From assembly GCF_037042905.1 (NCBI RefSeq), contig NC_087245.1, forward strand, positions 1,798,001 through 1,862,000: 64,000 bases of DNA, written 5' to 3'. Positions 48,798-64,000 of this stretch are shown one piece after another; position 1 is the stretch's first letter, and each line of letters opens with the position of its first letter. The DNA comes from Lytechinus pictus. Its lineage: Eukaryota. The notes below the pieces were generated by a model, which worked only from the letters and a program-made list of their open reading frames with translations, made no database searches and had not been told where the DNA came from. Made by a program: the position numbers and the translations under genes.

Positions 48798-51700
48798 TTG
48801 TTTACCGACCTTACAAATCTGTTTTGACGGCAGTTTTTAATGTGACATTTCCAATCAATCAATTCCGAATGTGAAAGTCTGCAAGCATTTCCCACAAATA
48901 GTCCTGGGATTTTGGTTTTTTGATGGGCAATATGAGTCGATTACCCCCTATATTTCATTTATAGCATATTTTACATGCGTCTTTCAATACACCGAGTCAC
49001 CAACCAGTTCATTTTTAGATCATGCATAGTTATTATGATGGGATTATGAGTCAATTGGGCGTTGCTCTTTATCAATCATGTTCTGTACGTCACAAGAAGG
49101 AAACATAAAAAATGACGTTGTTTGATTGTTCATTTCAATGAAGAATGGAGATTATCTTTATGCCAAAACTTTAGTTATGAATTCATCCAAATTATAACGT
49201 CAAGCCCTGATCAAACGCTAGCTTAATATATACTTAAAATAACAACCTCCCAAGCAGGTTACGTATTCGTTTGTCTTTGCTTTATTCCATTAATATGTCC
49301 ATGGTTAGAATCTTATTATTTCATTTCCTTATTTTTTCTTATCATTGTCTGCTCTCACTCTCAGTCTCCCAATCTAAATACTAACCTGGCAAGTAAAATG
49401 TATCTATATTTAATACAGATATTGAAATGAAGAGCGGATGCATGTCAAAAAAACTTTTTGGTGTAAATTTTGTCCAGTAGAAAGGTCATTTTATGTTAAA
49501 TAGAAAGATCCATACATTTCTTGTGTGTCTTTTCCATTTATGTATTGGCAAAAGAAACAGAGTATTGTTTTTCTTCCCCGTCTCAACCGAAATACGATGG
49601 AGGGGAAAGGGAATGCATAATGTCTAGCGACAGAGTAAGCGGTCGGCATGAAACTTGTCTCATTTTATAAGCAAAAGAAACATACATATGCGGTGACTTG
49701 CCTTCCTCGAGTGCATGGTATGGCGCAAATTACCATTCACTTTGCATGCATTAATGATTAGGTCGTTGTTGGCACAAAGGGAAGTGTTTAAGCAAGGGGG
49801 AGGTGGTTATTTCTCTATTCTATTTTGTCATAGGAATCATTAAACCAGGATTTTAATGTTCGGACAACTTCATTTTTCAAGCATTTTTTAAGCTTTTTAA
49901 CGAGTATGATACATTTTAACCTACATAAACTTTTTTTTCGAAACTTATGGATGTTTAACAACAAAGAAGGGTTTTATATCTTAGTTGAATTCTTAGCATT
50001 TCGAGTATTAAAAAAAATCGAATGTACTGCATTTTTTTTGGATTTTTTTCTATCTGCCTCTAAATTACATGGTGTTTTGCTAAGAATAACCACAGACAAG
50101 GTGAAAGGAAGAGACTCGAGATTTGGTTACTTAAATCATTGGTATCATATTACATTAAATTCAATGATTGTTTTCAAAACAAATCAGGATTTCGGCGAAA
50201 ATGGCGAATGGCATAAGGTTAAAAAGTCTAAAACATTGAAATATTCGTTTTATAAGTATACCATACATCAAAATGAAAATCTCATGAAATTAGTCATATT
50301 TGTGCGGTACATCATTCGGTGTAGTTAGTTCTATTGAGGTATCATATACATTTTCTTTTCAAACGAATGTCAATACAATCGTTTAACAGAAAATGTGATA
50401 TCTGATAATGTTCACTATATTCATGATTATTTTGATATTTACAGCAATTCAAATATCGTAGGAATTTTGAACTCATTTCATTCTTGACTGGTACAATATT
50501 GTGTTTTTCTTCATAGGTTCGAGAAGATTTATAACTGAAATGACTCCTTTTTTAAATAGATATCACAACACTTTGACATGTTATAACTGTTGATCAAATT
50601 GTAACCAATTTGATATTATACAAACTAATACATGCACACTCTTGAGCTTCAGCTTTGTTGGACTTTATTTTCCCTTGATCATTACCTCGATTTCTACCTA
50701 GGTTCAAACTATTTATGTCAACATGATGTATTGTTGTTTAGAAGGAGAAGGTGGTGGAAATTATAAAAGGAAAGTACTACAATGATAATATGACAAGTGA
50801 TTTTAACTTTTCTGTCTTTAAAGATAACATACCGATATGACGATATGCATGGGAATAATAATTTGTCAGGTAAATCAGAATGATGTATTTTCATAATTGT
50901 TGGGTATAAGCTATTGACTTATTATTCCTCGCTTGGTAAATGTTTCCCAAGCATTTGTATATATATATATATATATATATAATTGTTTCGTAAAACAATA
51001 GCTTATATTATTTCGTTTTTGTAATATTTTGGATTAGCAAGTATGAGTAGAAAGGGGAAATCGATGCTATGTATTTTTTTCTGCTAAAAACGGTTTCTGT
51101 GAAAAACGAAATGTTTACTTTTCAGATTAATAGAATATTAATGTTTCTCTAACTCAAAATAACCTTTTTCAATGCAAATATCTATTTACTTTCATTATGT
51201 TCTTCCCTGAATGCAAGTTTGATTTCATATTGATGAAATGAGCCTAATTTAAATTTTGATATTCATGGCTCGAGTATGGCAAAACCGCAAAAACAGCATT
51301 TATCCCAGATATAATCCCACTGTAGAATATCAGAGAATTTTTAGTTTGCAACATGTGAAAGGCACATTTAAATGTAACTCACGATATCAGAAAATGCTTT
51401 ACATGTATAGTTTTTAAAAGGCACACCTTACGAGATCGAAAGAATCACAAAATTTGACTCCGGTTCATTTTTATCATTGTGAGTAGGGAGTTTTTGCAAC
51501 CGTGACGCAGGACGAATTCAAGAATATAATAAAATGTTCCGGAAATGCCCGTCAAACGACAATAAAATGCTGGGAGGCCTTTGTCGCAAATTATTGAACC
51601 GGAACTGCAGTAAGTGCAGTTTCGTCCTAAGTTTGTTCATTTTCATGAAGTACATTTGACAATACATTTTCTATGTTCTTGAATCCATCGCGCGTCATGG

Positions 51701-54700
51701 AAACGAATACTCCGTTCAAACGATGTGAACGGAGATCACAGAGGCGTGTTTAATAATTTCTGAGCTACCTTTTCATAAGGATTACTTACGATGGACTACA
51801 GCGATGTCAGCATTATTTTTTGTTTTACTTATTAATGTGACATTGTATCAATACCTATTGGGATACTTTGTGCGACTTTGAGATAGAAGACACGATGCGC
51901 TCAGCGTAACAGGTTTATATGCACTTTAATGTTAGATATATAGCTGGATAAAAACCATCCACACACACACACACCACACCCCACCGACGCGAACACACAC
52001 TCAGTAGACTTGTTACAGAAACACAATCACATGTTTTCATATATATTTGATTTATTCATCAAAATATCTTCTCACAGGATAACATATTGGCAACATATTA
52101 TGATACCTAATTGAATCCATTAAAGCAGCAAACAAAAATGTAATGCAAATATCATTCAATATAACATATTGGATGATTCCATTAAATCTAATGTTCAATA
52201 AATTAAGGGTGTTTTTTTTATGTTCATCACTAAATATTCCGCACTGAAACCCTAATCTATGCTGCATTTAACTTATTTTCACCAAAATATAATGAGGTTC
52301 ATTCTATTACATGTATTACGTGGAATGTGCTAGTTATCTCAGAGGTTATCATATTCTCATTTGGTGAAGTACCCCCGTACTCTATACGCGAGACCGGTGC
52401 GTCGATTTTAATGAGTGATGTGACATAACGTGTTAATTATTCATATTCAGAATATTTGATGGAAACACTCAAATATTCTATCAACAATTACTCCTTTATT
52501 TGACAGGTTTCATGATTACTTATTTATTCTAATATATCTCGATTTAGACCTGAGGAATTTTATCTGTCTTTCTGCAATCGCAAAACATATACATTGTACA
52601 TGTACAATGGATTCTGTAAAAGTCATTAACAACAATGTTACGATGTACTTTTGTTTCTGTTAGCAATTTATATTCCTTAAATATGATGCTGAATACAATA
52701 ACCTTTGTTTATCTTGCCGTCTTTCTTCTGTCATTCATCTCCACTTTCTGAGAAATCAAAATAAATATTGACAGTTTATGTAACCTTCAAGGCTTGTTGT
52801 TTACCTCATTATTGATTTTGAGGGTAACTTGGTTGCCTCCACAACATTTCTCCATCTCGTCCTGTGGTTAACAATCATGTTTTATTAGTTCTAAAGTCTG
52901 TTTGTTACCCTTGAATGCTGATGGTCATCCGCATGTTTGCACGTGTATCTTGTTGACATGTCGGGAAATCAAGTAGGAGAACGGATAACACTATCTAGTC
53001 CCATGGTCAACATTCCTGACATGATTTTGGTTCATGGCCACAATGTTCAAGTTCCCGCTCCAAAATTTTAGTTGAATACTGAGAAGTATGCTGACTATTT
53101 GTCTCTATGTTTATAGTCATGGCGTTTCAAAGTCATGAAACTTAATTTATTATAAGGAAATTTATATATGTTATTTCTATTTCAACTCAACGTATTTGGT
53201 GGTGTATTTATTCCGTTTCTCTATATTGGATCCTTACATAGTCAGCGGATAGTGATGTATCACAAACTGTGTAACACTGTACAGATCCACTTGTATCAAA
53301 TGTGAAGCAGGAATATCATTTAATTTATCGTTAAATAACGCATAAACATAGGTCTGAATGGTTACTTGCATACAATATACAAAATACTGTCAAGCTATTA
53401 GGCTTGTACTAATGTACTTTCCAATAATTTATACTTTGAAAAGTTATTACACCTTTGGGTTGAACGTAGTTGACAATATTTTTCATCTTGTACATTGCTA
53501 GCGTCTATACTTTTTCAATACTGTATGACAAACTCAATTTCACTTGGTTGTTGTGGTGGTGCTTTAAACACATGAGTTGTACTTCGCTGTCGCCTTGATA
53601 TTTGGTTTCTCCTTTCAATCTTGTTCTTTGAAGGGGAAATAAAATTTCTATGCACACTTCATTAACGGATCTAATCATCCCCTCAAACCTTGTCAACAGT
53701 CCCATGCACTGATTTCCGCTGCATGAGAATGTCATTCATGCATCCCTGGCGTTTCGACCTGGCATGCCTGACTTTCTATTCTTTGAATAGACCTTGCATG
53801 TGAATCCCTTTGTAAAAATTTTAAAAATATGAAATATAAAAAAGTAATAAAAATGAAAACAATATATATATATATAAAACCCTTTGGAATCATCAAACAT
53901 TGTTAAATAGTTGTTGCTGGAAGCATTTCTCATGAAATATGATCGTGATAGATTGACGGTGTGGTGATAAATCTGGAATAGGCGTGAAATTTTAGGGCAC
54001 TTAATTAACATTTTTCATTTTTTTCAAAATAAAAAATCTGAACCTATTGGAAGATACCACTGATAGTCACAATCAGCTGTTACCTCGTTGAAAGGTGTAA
54101 GTCAATTTATTACTGTTCGCTAATAACACTTTGTCTTATGATTAATTGTTTTTATGTAGGGAGTATATAAAAAAGTAATAAATTAACCAGCACCCTTCAA
54201 ACACTTCATCTATACAAAAAGCAAATAAACTAATGAAATAAAGATAAGCCAGATTTCTTTTGAATTTGTATGCGGTTATTACATGAAGCCGGTTGCAATG
54301 TAGAAGTAAAAAGAATGTCAGAGTTTGCAAGATTTCAGAAATTATATCTTAGTCGTTGTTTATTCCAAATTTCATGAATTTACTCGTAAAGAAGATGTCC
54401 TTTCTAGATGCGGATACAATAAATTATACAGAAACAGTAATTCAATTAAGCACTATCATGTGCTTGTATCATCAACTTGTCTGGCATGTCTGCCGCTAAT
54501 CTAAAGGGCAACCATTTGCCCTCTGTTTTCTTCATCCATTCACTATTGTTTTGTTTCGTATTTACATCTCATTTATCTAAAATCTAACATCTTTAAAGAA
54601 AGTTGATATTAATGAATTTCTACTCTCAAAAGTGAATTATGGATTTTTTTATAAGGTGATACTTTTGGAATTTACATTTATTTAGACACATATCAGTAAT

Positions 54701-56065
54701 CGAATTGATACGCTTTTGGAGCTGTCTGTGTATATTAAGTATAAAAAAAGCACTTTGATCCGTTTACAAATGAGTTAGCCAGTTTCTAATGAAAACATCC
54801 TTATCTTTCCCATCGCTTATATTATTGCAGTTTTGAGCAGACATTGGCTAACAGAGCGTAGTTTTATACAACAGCTCCCAAGGTGCGAAAATATATAAAT
54901 CTTTTCGGAATTTCCTCTATTTCAGTTGAACTGTACTGGTTCTTGCATTCCCTCATATTTCCTCTTTTTTACGTTCTCTCGGTCAACAAAATTTTCTCAG
55001 TGCTCCAGTCTACAGTTTCGTTTACATCGTTTCTGCTTTCACAAATAGAGTCGTTAGACACCGACCGGTATTGGTTGAAACCCAGCCCTCATTTTAAAGC
55101 ACATAAGATCTTGAAAAAGATCTAGCTTTGGTCAGAGTCCCATGTGCATGATTACGAATAAGAATATTCTATGGACGTTATATGTGTGAGATATGTTACA
55201 TCTTTCTCATGGCTGCTTTTTTTCTCCGGCTAATTTTTTTTCATCGCAAACGCACGAATCTTTAGATGGTTATGGCGACTAAAAAACTCACTTTCTAGGT
55301 CGTATCTACGCACGGTATCATCCAAGAAGTTACAGATTGTACAGTATATAAAAACATGTTTGATATGCTAGTGCTTATTAATAACATCATAGTTACTTTG
55401 GTAAATATATAGATTCACCCGCATGTAATCAAACTCAACATAATATAGAAAATGTGCAATCATAAGGATATCATGGTATTACTGATAATAATACAATCTG
55501 TACAAAGATGTTTTTAATCCAGTAAAATCATTAACCACAGTAATCTATCCCTTATTAAAAAAAAATAGTGTCATGATATTGAGTAAATGTATTAAGCATT
55601 CTAGTGCAACTAGAAAATAATGTTGTAGTTTAAGTCATTATTGATTAAAAAAAAAATTACCATTGTTTATGCATTTTTCTTCTGATCCAGTTATATGGCA
55701 TGGCCATAATTCGGATTCATAATTCCCTATTCTTAGTTTGTATGCAAACATATTTTGAATGTGCAATTCTTTCACATCAATATAAGAGTTTTATCGAGGG
55801 ATATATAAAATCCAAAATAGGAGAATAAAAAAATAGAAGATGATAATTACTTAAGAATAAATTTAATTCTTTTCAGCCTGCACATTGTTCTGACACTAAT
55901 GAACCGTATATCAATCCCCCTTTTTCCGGTAATAATTACTTTTAGAAGTTTGAAGACAGTTACAGAAAAGAAATATCGATCTTCGGGCAGGAGTGACACC
56001 AGAGTACAGTTTTTAGGTAAATAAGCTGACATAAGGTGACTCCGTTTTTTCTATATGAAAGAGGT

Positions 56066-57490
56066 ATTCAATTCAATTCAATTCAATCATGGTTTATTTC
56101 GTATAAAAACAATACATGTTACACAGCCAGAAGGCTGAAATTAGCATGTTTACAATAAAACGTTCACAAGTCATGGATAAAAGCTATCAATTACAATTTA
56201 AACATGTACATAGATAATAAATAATTTTTAAAGAGCAAGTGTACATAAATATTCATTAAATATAATAAAATAGAATGGAAAAAGAAACTATGTAAATACA
56301 ATATTAAAAGTGATGAATATTAGACAATTAAAAATTCAAATATCAATTGGATTAAAATGGAGACTAAAACAATGGCAAAAAATTGAGTTGATTTCAAGGG
56401 TATGAAAGTAAAAATTTATTTAGAATTTAGTAAATCAATGAAATTTGCAAAGTGCAAATTATTGCACTTTTTCTAAAACGATCTGTTTTGCATTTTATCT
56501 GAGCAAAGTTTGGAACACTTCTTAATGAGATTGAGACATTTTTCCTTTTTGGTAGCCAGTTATTACAGTGAGGGTTTTTTAAAAGAGATTTAGCAAATTC
56601 CATACACAGTTTTTTCGTCTTCTTTCAAGACATTCTAATCCACATTTTGTTAGTGCATTTTCATAGTCTATATAATCTGAGCCAAGAATTATTTTGCAAA
56701 CTCTTTTTTTTTGTATTTTTTCAAAGTTCTTTACCTGTTTAGCAGTTAGTGCTCCCGGTACACAATACTCCAATATTGGACGAATATATCCAATGTAAAT
56801 TTGAACAATGTCTGACATAGGGAGTTTATATTGTTTGACAAGTCTGAGCATATACAATTTTTTGTTACACCTTTTTATAATATCTGAAATATGTTTATCC
56901 CATTTTAGGTTTGACTGAATATAAACACCAAGTATTTTAACAGTTTTTGTATATTGCAGAGAAGTGTCACCAATATGCAAAAGACTAGGTAATGGTGGAT
57001 TTTTTGAAAAAGTAACTCTGATTACATTGCATTTATTCGGATTTAGTTTCATATGATTATCAGATGACCAGGTAACGAGTGCATTGAGATGACATTGTAA
57101 TACAGAAGGAGTTTGTATTGAACGATTTTCAACTATAGTGAGATCGTCAACATATTTAAAGTGCGGTAAAGATTCATTATGACATGAATCATTAAACATG
57201 ATCAAAAATAATATCGGGCCTAATTTTGTGCCTTGAGGCACTCCAGCATGATTTGTAATATACGAAGACAATACGCCCAGATATTTAACAGATTGTGAAC
57301 GATTTTCTAAAAAATTAACTATCCACTCAATTATGCAAGGTCTTACGTTAAATTCAATTAATTTTCGAATCAGAATATTATGGTCAAGTCTATCGAAGGC
57401 TTTGGAAAAGTCTGTGCAAACAATAGTGGATATTGATTTAGATTTTTCACAGTTGTCCAATACACAATGCAATAATTTACATAATAACGC
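56066..57490 (-). pseudogene. 5'-truncated LINE (CR1/L2 group): reverse-transcriptase fragment, 3' UTR and (TTGAA)n tail
   Basis: ORF 56579-57472 has DFSKAFD, GVPQGTKLGPILF, YVDD, MKLNPNKC, LGV and YIRPILEY motifs. Small deletion/frameshift near the C-terminus; minus-strand AATAAA at ~56093 and attca repeats at 56066-56087. Confidence 0.92.
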
Positions 57491-58239
57491 AAAGGTTTTT
57501 TTTAATAGATATTTCTTGTGTCCATTTTGATCACGTTGGTATAGTTACCCTTATCCTCTTGAGTGTTCTCACTGTCTCCAAGGATAAGGCTTTACTTGTG
57601 GGATTACAGGTAAAATAATTTAGACTCAACCATTCCAAGAATGTCGTCGTCCTCGCCATTAATCAGTCTTAGAGGATATATTCCATGAGTTTAAATCTAA
57701 TATTACACATTCAGACGTAAAAACCCATAAAGTAGGATATTGAACTACGTTTGATGTCACTGCACGTCCATTAACAAATTGGAAAATAGACTTTTGAAAA
57801 GATATTAATTTTACTGATATTTCTTTATAGATTTATTGGAGTTCCATTCTTGAATTAATATGTCTTTACCATGGAGGTATTAAACACCATGTTTTTACCT
57901 AGATGTACAAAGAGACCATATTATGGAGACCTTATGATATTATGAAATAATATCATTTAATCATTGTTATTATTATCATCACTATCACCATCAACCATAT
58001 TACCCATTTGAGATCATTAGAAATTTGATTACAGATTGAGGGCGCGAAAGAAAGTAATCATCGAAAAGAACAAAATTAAAATACCTACCTATCGCTGGAA
58101 TTGTATTAAATTGAAAATGTATTGTTAGAGGAAAAACATTTCAAAACATTGCGCCTCTCGCAGTTCGTTCAGCTTTCTTCAGAGTATCAAGCCCGATATC
58201 CTTAAAATATTTTTTCATGAATTGGATTTACATGATATA

Positions 58240-58452
58240 ATTTCCTTCAGCAAGAATTTTATCCACATTGTGCTGCACTCAACCCAGGTGAGGTGAATGG
58301 GTACCCAGCATGATTAATTCCTTGAATGCACTGAGCGCTGAAAGGCAGCTCGAGTTTAAGCCGGGGTAATAATAATACTAACAATGCGCATCGGAATAAA
58401 TTATTTCTAGATAGATGACGCAATATAAATGCCTATTATTATTATTATTATT
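58240..58452 (+). mobile_element. SINE 3' portion with (ATT)n tail
   Basis: tttccttcagcaagaattttatccacattgtgctgcactcaacccaggtgaggtgaatgggtacc...gccggggtaataataa...tataaatgcct(att)n. Confidence 0.7.
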
Positions 58453-61400
58453 AAATCATATAAATTCAACCAAGTGGATGAAAAATCTAAAATCCATGAC
58501 ACAAAACATATAAACAGTATCCCAGTTGGTACCCACTGTTCACCTCTTGTTATTTATACTTTTAGTATTAACGAAAATTCTAAGTGTTCATTTTTGTTAT
58601 CAATGTTTATTATTTTTTTACAGTAAACACTTTCTCTAAGTGAATCTGAAAAAAAATCATAATTTTACTCAGTTGTGATTCACATATAATTCAATCCCAA
58701 TTCAATTTGTTCCACTATATTTCAGGGCCTTTTAAGAGCCTGAACAGAGGTTAGACCGATTTAAATTTTGATAAAAAGTCAAGACAAGTTAATCAACAAT
58801 ATTATGTTAAAATTTTGCAACCTCATTTATTCTTTGCAACTTCGAATGTAATGAAATTGATGGAAGAACAACTAATTTCCATTCATGATATGCCTCGTGG
58901 GTATCTTTTCGAAGCCTTGCAAAACGAGGGACCAGGCGACAGCTCAGTAGAATCCGACCTGGGATGATTATACATGCGTGCGTCATACACTCGCTCGCTT
59001 GATAAAGCCTACCTACCAAAATAGCTCTTGCCGCCAAAAATAGTTCTTCCTTTTCCCCTCTCTTCTAAAAACTGAAGTGCTTTTTCGGATCCCGTTACCG
59101 CGCTTTTATTTTAGGGCGTGTATGGTTATTTTTAGCTCTGGAGAATGTTTTTTCAACAATCTCTTGTTGATTTTAGTCTTCCTAAAATGGGTTGCACTTA
59201 TCCAAATCTAATGTTTTACAATTAATATAAATCGTTTCATTTCCATTGATTTTCAAAAGTTCCTAAAACAGGAGGCTCCCAATAGTCCTTTTTGTCCATT
59301 AAAATATATTGAGAGCTTTATATACCTCCCGACCCAGCCCATTTGAATTTAAGAGTGTTGTGTACACTCCCAAAGCCGTCAGTACAATACACCTAGCGTT
59401 TCGCTCCACATATATTTTGTATCAAGTTATATTTTTTCTGGAAATATCTATCTTGTTATTTTTTCCGTGATTTCTTTTTGTTGTTTTCATGGTTTTCTTA
59501 CCACCAATGTTGGTTATACAACTTTTTTTTTACATCATTCCCACGTATTGTTTATGTCTTTGTATTATCAGCGGGTATAAATATGTATCATATTAAGTAA
59601 TAATCAGTTAAATTGTTTGTAATGATTTCATTTCGCTGTACGACTAAAAATAACTGATGTATGGTGAAGAAAGGGAGATGCTGGAAATTTGTTCATATCA
59701 GCGATAGAATAGATGTAAGTAATATGTATATCTGTGAGCTCAATATACAATAATGTATATGGGATTTAATATTGCTGTATAATATATGTATTATCTAATA
59801 CGCCTACTACATTTTCGGTATAGCGTAAGTAATTGTGAAGACGTATGCGTCTCAATCAAGCCCTTCGCCCAATTCTCAAATGCATTTCATGCTTGTCAGA
59901 ATCATTGGGATATAGAAAGAGTCAAACTTTTCCTTTCACATCCCACTTCTCTCATATTTATACATTCATCACACATGTGTATAACAGGCGATGCATAGTT
60001 CAGGAGAGTTGGACAATTTTAACGCCTATTCAACTGGGACAATACGCATCCTCAATAAGTTCACGTTGCAATCCGATAGTCTACACTCTCTGTATTGTGA
60101 CGTCAAGTCTGAGACCGAGTGCCTTAATTACCCGGACACACAAAATGAATAGCATGCAGACCACATGTGACCCAATGAAAATGAGATTATTAACAAGCCC
60201 CTGTAGCGTAAAAGAGGATAGTCCAAGCCATATACTCTGATAACCAACAAGTATGACGTCAAACACCACAGCAGTTTATCAGTTGTAGGTTTTTAATTGC
60301 AAAGTTTGGGAATGTTATGTAATGCTTTCCTCATCAGTATGTCCCTTCATGGCGATGAATAGATGGAATAGTAGACATGGTATAAAGTTCGTAGAGAAAT
60401 GTCTGATTACATATTTTTCCCCAATTTACAATAATTGTTTTGTTTTATTTTCTCTTTCTAATTCTCCACTCGTCTCTCTCTCTCTCGATACCCCCTGGTT
60501 GGAAATTTGTATCAGATCCATGAAATACTTGATTGAGCATATCTATATTTTCAAATACACTTCTCTTGTATTTCAAAATCACCAGAATAGGAAGGAAATG
60601 GGTCATTTAAGAATGGTGTAACTGTTAATGAATAGCCTACTTATTATGTCTATTTTACTCTTCCATTTTTACTCTTACATAATACACATTATAATCCATG
60701 TATGTTAGGTGAAGTAATGTGCAATACAAACACATCCATAATCTTCTTGCCGTCAGTCACAACACCATACAAAGTAATATTTTGATTTAAAAAGGCAAAA
60801 TATTGAAAATTTTGAACACAATAAGCGAATACAAATAGAGAGTACATGTAGTTTCACTAATGATCTAGACATTTTTTTAATCGTTGACATCTAATGATTC
60901 TATTCTTCAAACATGAAGAAAATAAATCATATATACGACCAAGGCTGCCAATCGGGGCTTAATCCTTACAATCATTATCCTCCAATATATGACCAGCAAT
61001 TTAAAAAACAAGGAATATATCTATTCCTTTGTTAACAAGACCTTGAACCACACTGCTTTCAACTGTCCTAGAATTGTATCTGTGTGGAGAGAACTTATAT
61101 TTTAACAATTTTCTCTGTCGCTGTGGAAAATTAAGGTGAATTTCTGACGAATTATTTCCTTTTCTGTACAACCTTGAAATTGTTGATCTGATTTGCAATC
61201 CTTTGTAAGTAAGTACAAATTGAGGTATATACAGGTCTCTGCTTTTTATTCTATAAGTTCAGATCTCCGTTAATATCAGGATGACGGAGGCAGTACATGA
61301 TATCTACAAGGCCAACATTATTTGATATAGCATAAACTGAAACAAAGGGGCAACCAACAATGCAAGAAGGTTTACGTGACGTTGGAGTTAGCGGGAGACA

Positions 61401-61713
61401 TTTATCTTCAGTAAAATTTGATTTATTTTCTCGGAACAAAATACGCGTTCGTAGAAATATTGGGCGTTTCAGATTTTTCCATTTATTTCAATCTGATGTG
61501 GCAGAGTGCGTGGGTGCTCCTTTTATACATGAAAGCCATATTTTAGCGGGAAACTGGAAACATATAACATAGAATATTATTATATAAGAATTTACCACAA
61601 GTAAAAATAGGTTCAAATCATTGATTCATTGATGGACAGAAAATGATTTCTTACTCGTTGAATTAATGATGGAATTCATATATGGCTTAAAATCTTGGAA
61701 GGAAGTCATTTAA

Positions 61714-62649
61714 GGACGTTCCACAGTTAAAGTGAAATCCATGTCATTTTCACCAAACTTTGCACATAGATACTTTAGAACCTTAATATTCGAAATATGC
61801 AAAAATTAACATAGGTCCATGTGCTTGATTTTTTGCTATAGAACTTCAAAGTTCACCCAAATTGATGTTCTTAAGAATTGCTCATTCAAAAGAATTTGGC
61901 ATTTTTAGACCGCCCAAGATTACTACAATGAGTTTAAACCTGTATTACTCAGTCAAAATACATGAAAAAGTCATCAAATTTCGCAAGAGAGTTAATAATT
62001 GTATTGTTAGAATGGAGAATATATTTATAGTGCTATTTGTTTGCAATTTTAACTTTAACAGCACTGTCAGTTCTTAAAAATGGCGTAAAAGATAACAAAA
62101 TCCCAATCTAAAAAATGTGAAATTTCAGTAACAAACTACAATAGTACAATAAATGCTGCACTTTATTCAAAATCCATGTCATTTTCACCAAAATTTGTAG
62201 AGTTGTAGAGGAAGGTATACCTAAGAGGAACAAACATTAAAAAATAGGGGTTCATGTGCTTGTTTTTAAACTATCAGTATTTTTATTAGAGCAAATGTGA
62301 TTTTTAAAACACCAAAAATGCGCAGAATGCTTTATATCTATGTGAAGAAAAAATCAAAACCACTCTACCATTTATTCAAACTCGGGGTAATATTCGTGAT
62401 TCTTGGCAGCACTGCAGAGTAAAGTATCTTGAAATTGTAGAGAATCTTTTTTTGAATTGTCCATGGAATAATTCAATTTTTTAGCTTCATGAAATAACGC
62501 ATCGGATCTGCAGCTAAAGTGCAGGAGATGAGAAAAATCAGCACATACCCGCAGCTAATTAATCACCTGTTTATCCATTGTGACGTCAGCGCGCAGAGTG
62601 TAAACTATGCGCAGATCATAATGCGCACAAACATAACTGTGGAACGTCC
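61714..62649. mobile_element. 936-bp non-autonomous Kolobok-type DNA transposon
   Basis: TTAA|GGACGTTCCACAGTTA...TAACTGTGGAACGTCC|TTAA (perfect 16-bp TIR); internal repeat aaatccatgtcattttcaccaaa at 61735 and 62170. Confidence 0.85.
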
Positions 62650-64000
62650 TTAAGTATACAAAAACTCTTAAACGAATCCAAATGTATAAATATAATATCC
62701 AGAATGAGAGGGAATTATCAAGTCTAAATTTATGGCGTGAAATTTATCAATCCCATCAAGTCACATCATACTACTTTCATATCTTCTGTAGATCGTAATA
62801 AGTCACAAACACGTAATTATGGCCGTTTCCCTTTGAATTGTTGAGTGAACAGGACCTTTGAGGCGGTGGTCGATACATTCAACATGTGGGTATAGATAGA
62901 ATATGAATCCACGCTCTCACTCGCTCGTCTTTCTTCACTCTATGCTTGTGTCTCTTGAGACTCTAATGACTCGCTAGGCAAGATTTATTTACGTAGTGAC
63001 GCCGCGCCAGCCGAACCAAAGATCCCTCTGTACACGGCTAAATCACAGAGCTGAATGATGAAAGGCCATGTTCACACCACAACATTTAACTCCAAGTTCT
63101 CTCGATCTATAAAAGTAGATGCTCTTCTTAAATTTGCCTTGTATTGTTTGGAAATTTGAACGCTTGCGTGTTTAATGAGAAAGTACGAATATGCTGGATG
63201 TCTTTAAAATTGTTTTTTTCTACTCTCTAGTTACCAATCTGGAGCATTATACAATGAAGGATATGAAATTGATCACTCATTGTCGGCGGCTTCAATTTTC
63301 ATATTGATATGCATGAAAGAAGAACACATGCTGTTCAACATGTTGCCAAAATAACATTAGATACATTTTTTTAGATTACGGAATGATGCCTCATAAGAAT
63401 TGCATATCATTAGCAATATCAGGAAGTAATCTTCTTTGATCTATCCTTATTTTTGTGCAACTTGCTTGTGTATTCATCTTTTTTTTTTTTTTATATTCTG
63501 CATTTTAGCACTTTTTTGTCGTTCGTGGGTTTTTTTTACGAAATTCAAATTGGTAATAAAATGAGATAATCATGTGCTCCCATATTTTTGAAAATAAAAT
63601 AGTTGTGCTCGCTATAATGACTACTAGTCACTTGACATAGATAATAACCGCATTGAAAGTTGATTATGCTAATTTGCATAATAGACACGTGGGAATGTAG
63701 CCTACACAAACAGACCAATCACCTTCCCAATACATTGAGAATAGTAGGTCTTTGTATTTATTAATTTCGTTGAGCCACATTCAATAAAAAGTGTATGCAC
63801 ATCAAAAATTCAAAAAAAAAATTCGACTTTGAAATTTTCTAAAATACCATTTTATTTTTACAATTTAGTTTTTAAACTTTTTTTTTACGAGTGAACATCA
63901 TGATTTTAGGGAAATGGTGTTGAAGCAGGGAAAAACTATACGAATAGTCCTTGAATCAAAATGTTCCCTACAAGAAAACGAGATAAGAAAAGAGATCCAG

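Overview
AT-rich, repeat-dense animal genomic DNA; the repeat families suggest a marine deuterostome such as a sea urchin (inference). There are two N-gaps. The main feature is a complete, apparently intact ~15.3-kb PIF/Harbinger DNA transposon (25931-41209) with perfect 17-bp TIRs and a CTG target-site duplication. It carries two convergent spliced genes that I reconstructed by hand: a 4-exon, 341-aa DDE transposase (+) and a 5-exon, 215-aa Myb/SANT-like DNA-binding protein (-). The ORF track shows only fragments of the first and none of the second. Between their stop codons lies a 1.8-kb array of 24 units, each with a constant part plus one of three variable segments, a conserved hairpin, and a 374-bp higher-order period. 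The two ends of the element carry different subterminal motif arrays. Elsewhere: many MITEs (CWG/TAA-, TTAA-, 2-, 5- and 8-bp-TSD types), tRNA-derived SINEs, truncated LINE fragments, three abutting hairpin-headed elements at 43.2-45.8 kb, two local duplications, microsatellites and a possible host promoter/non-coding first exon near 12.9-13.9 kb. No host protein-coding exon could be supported.
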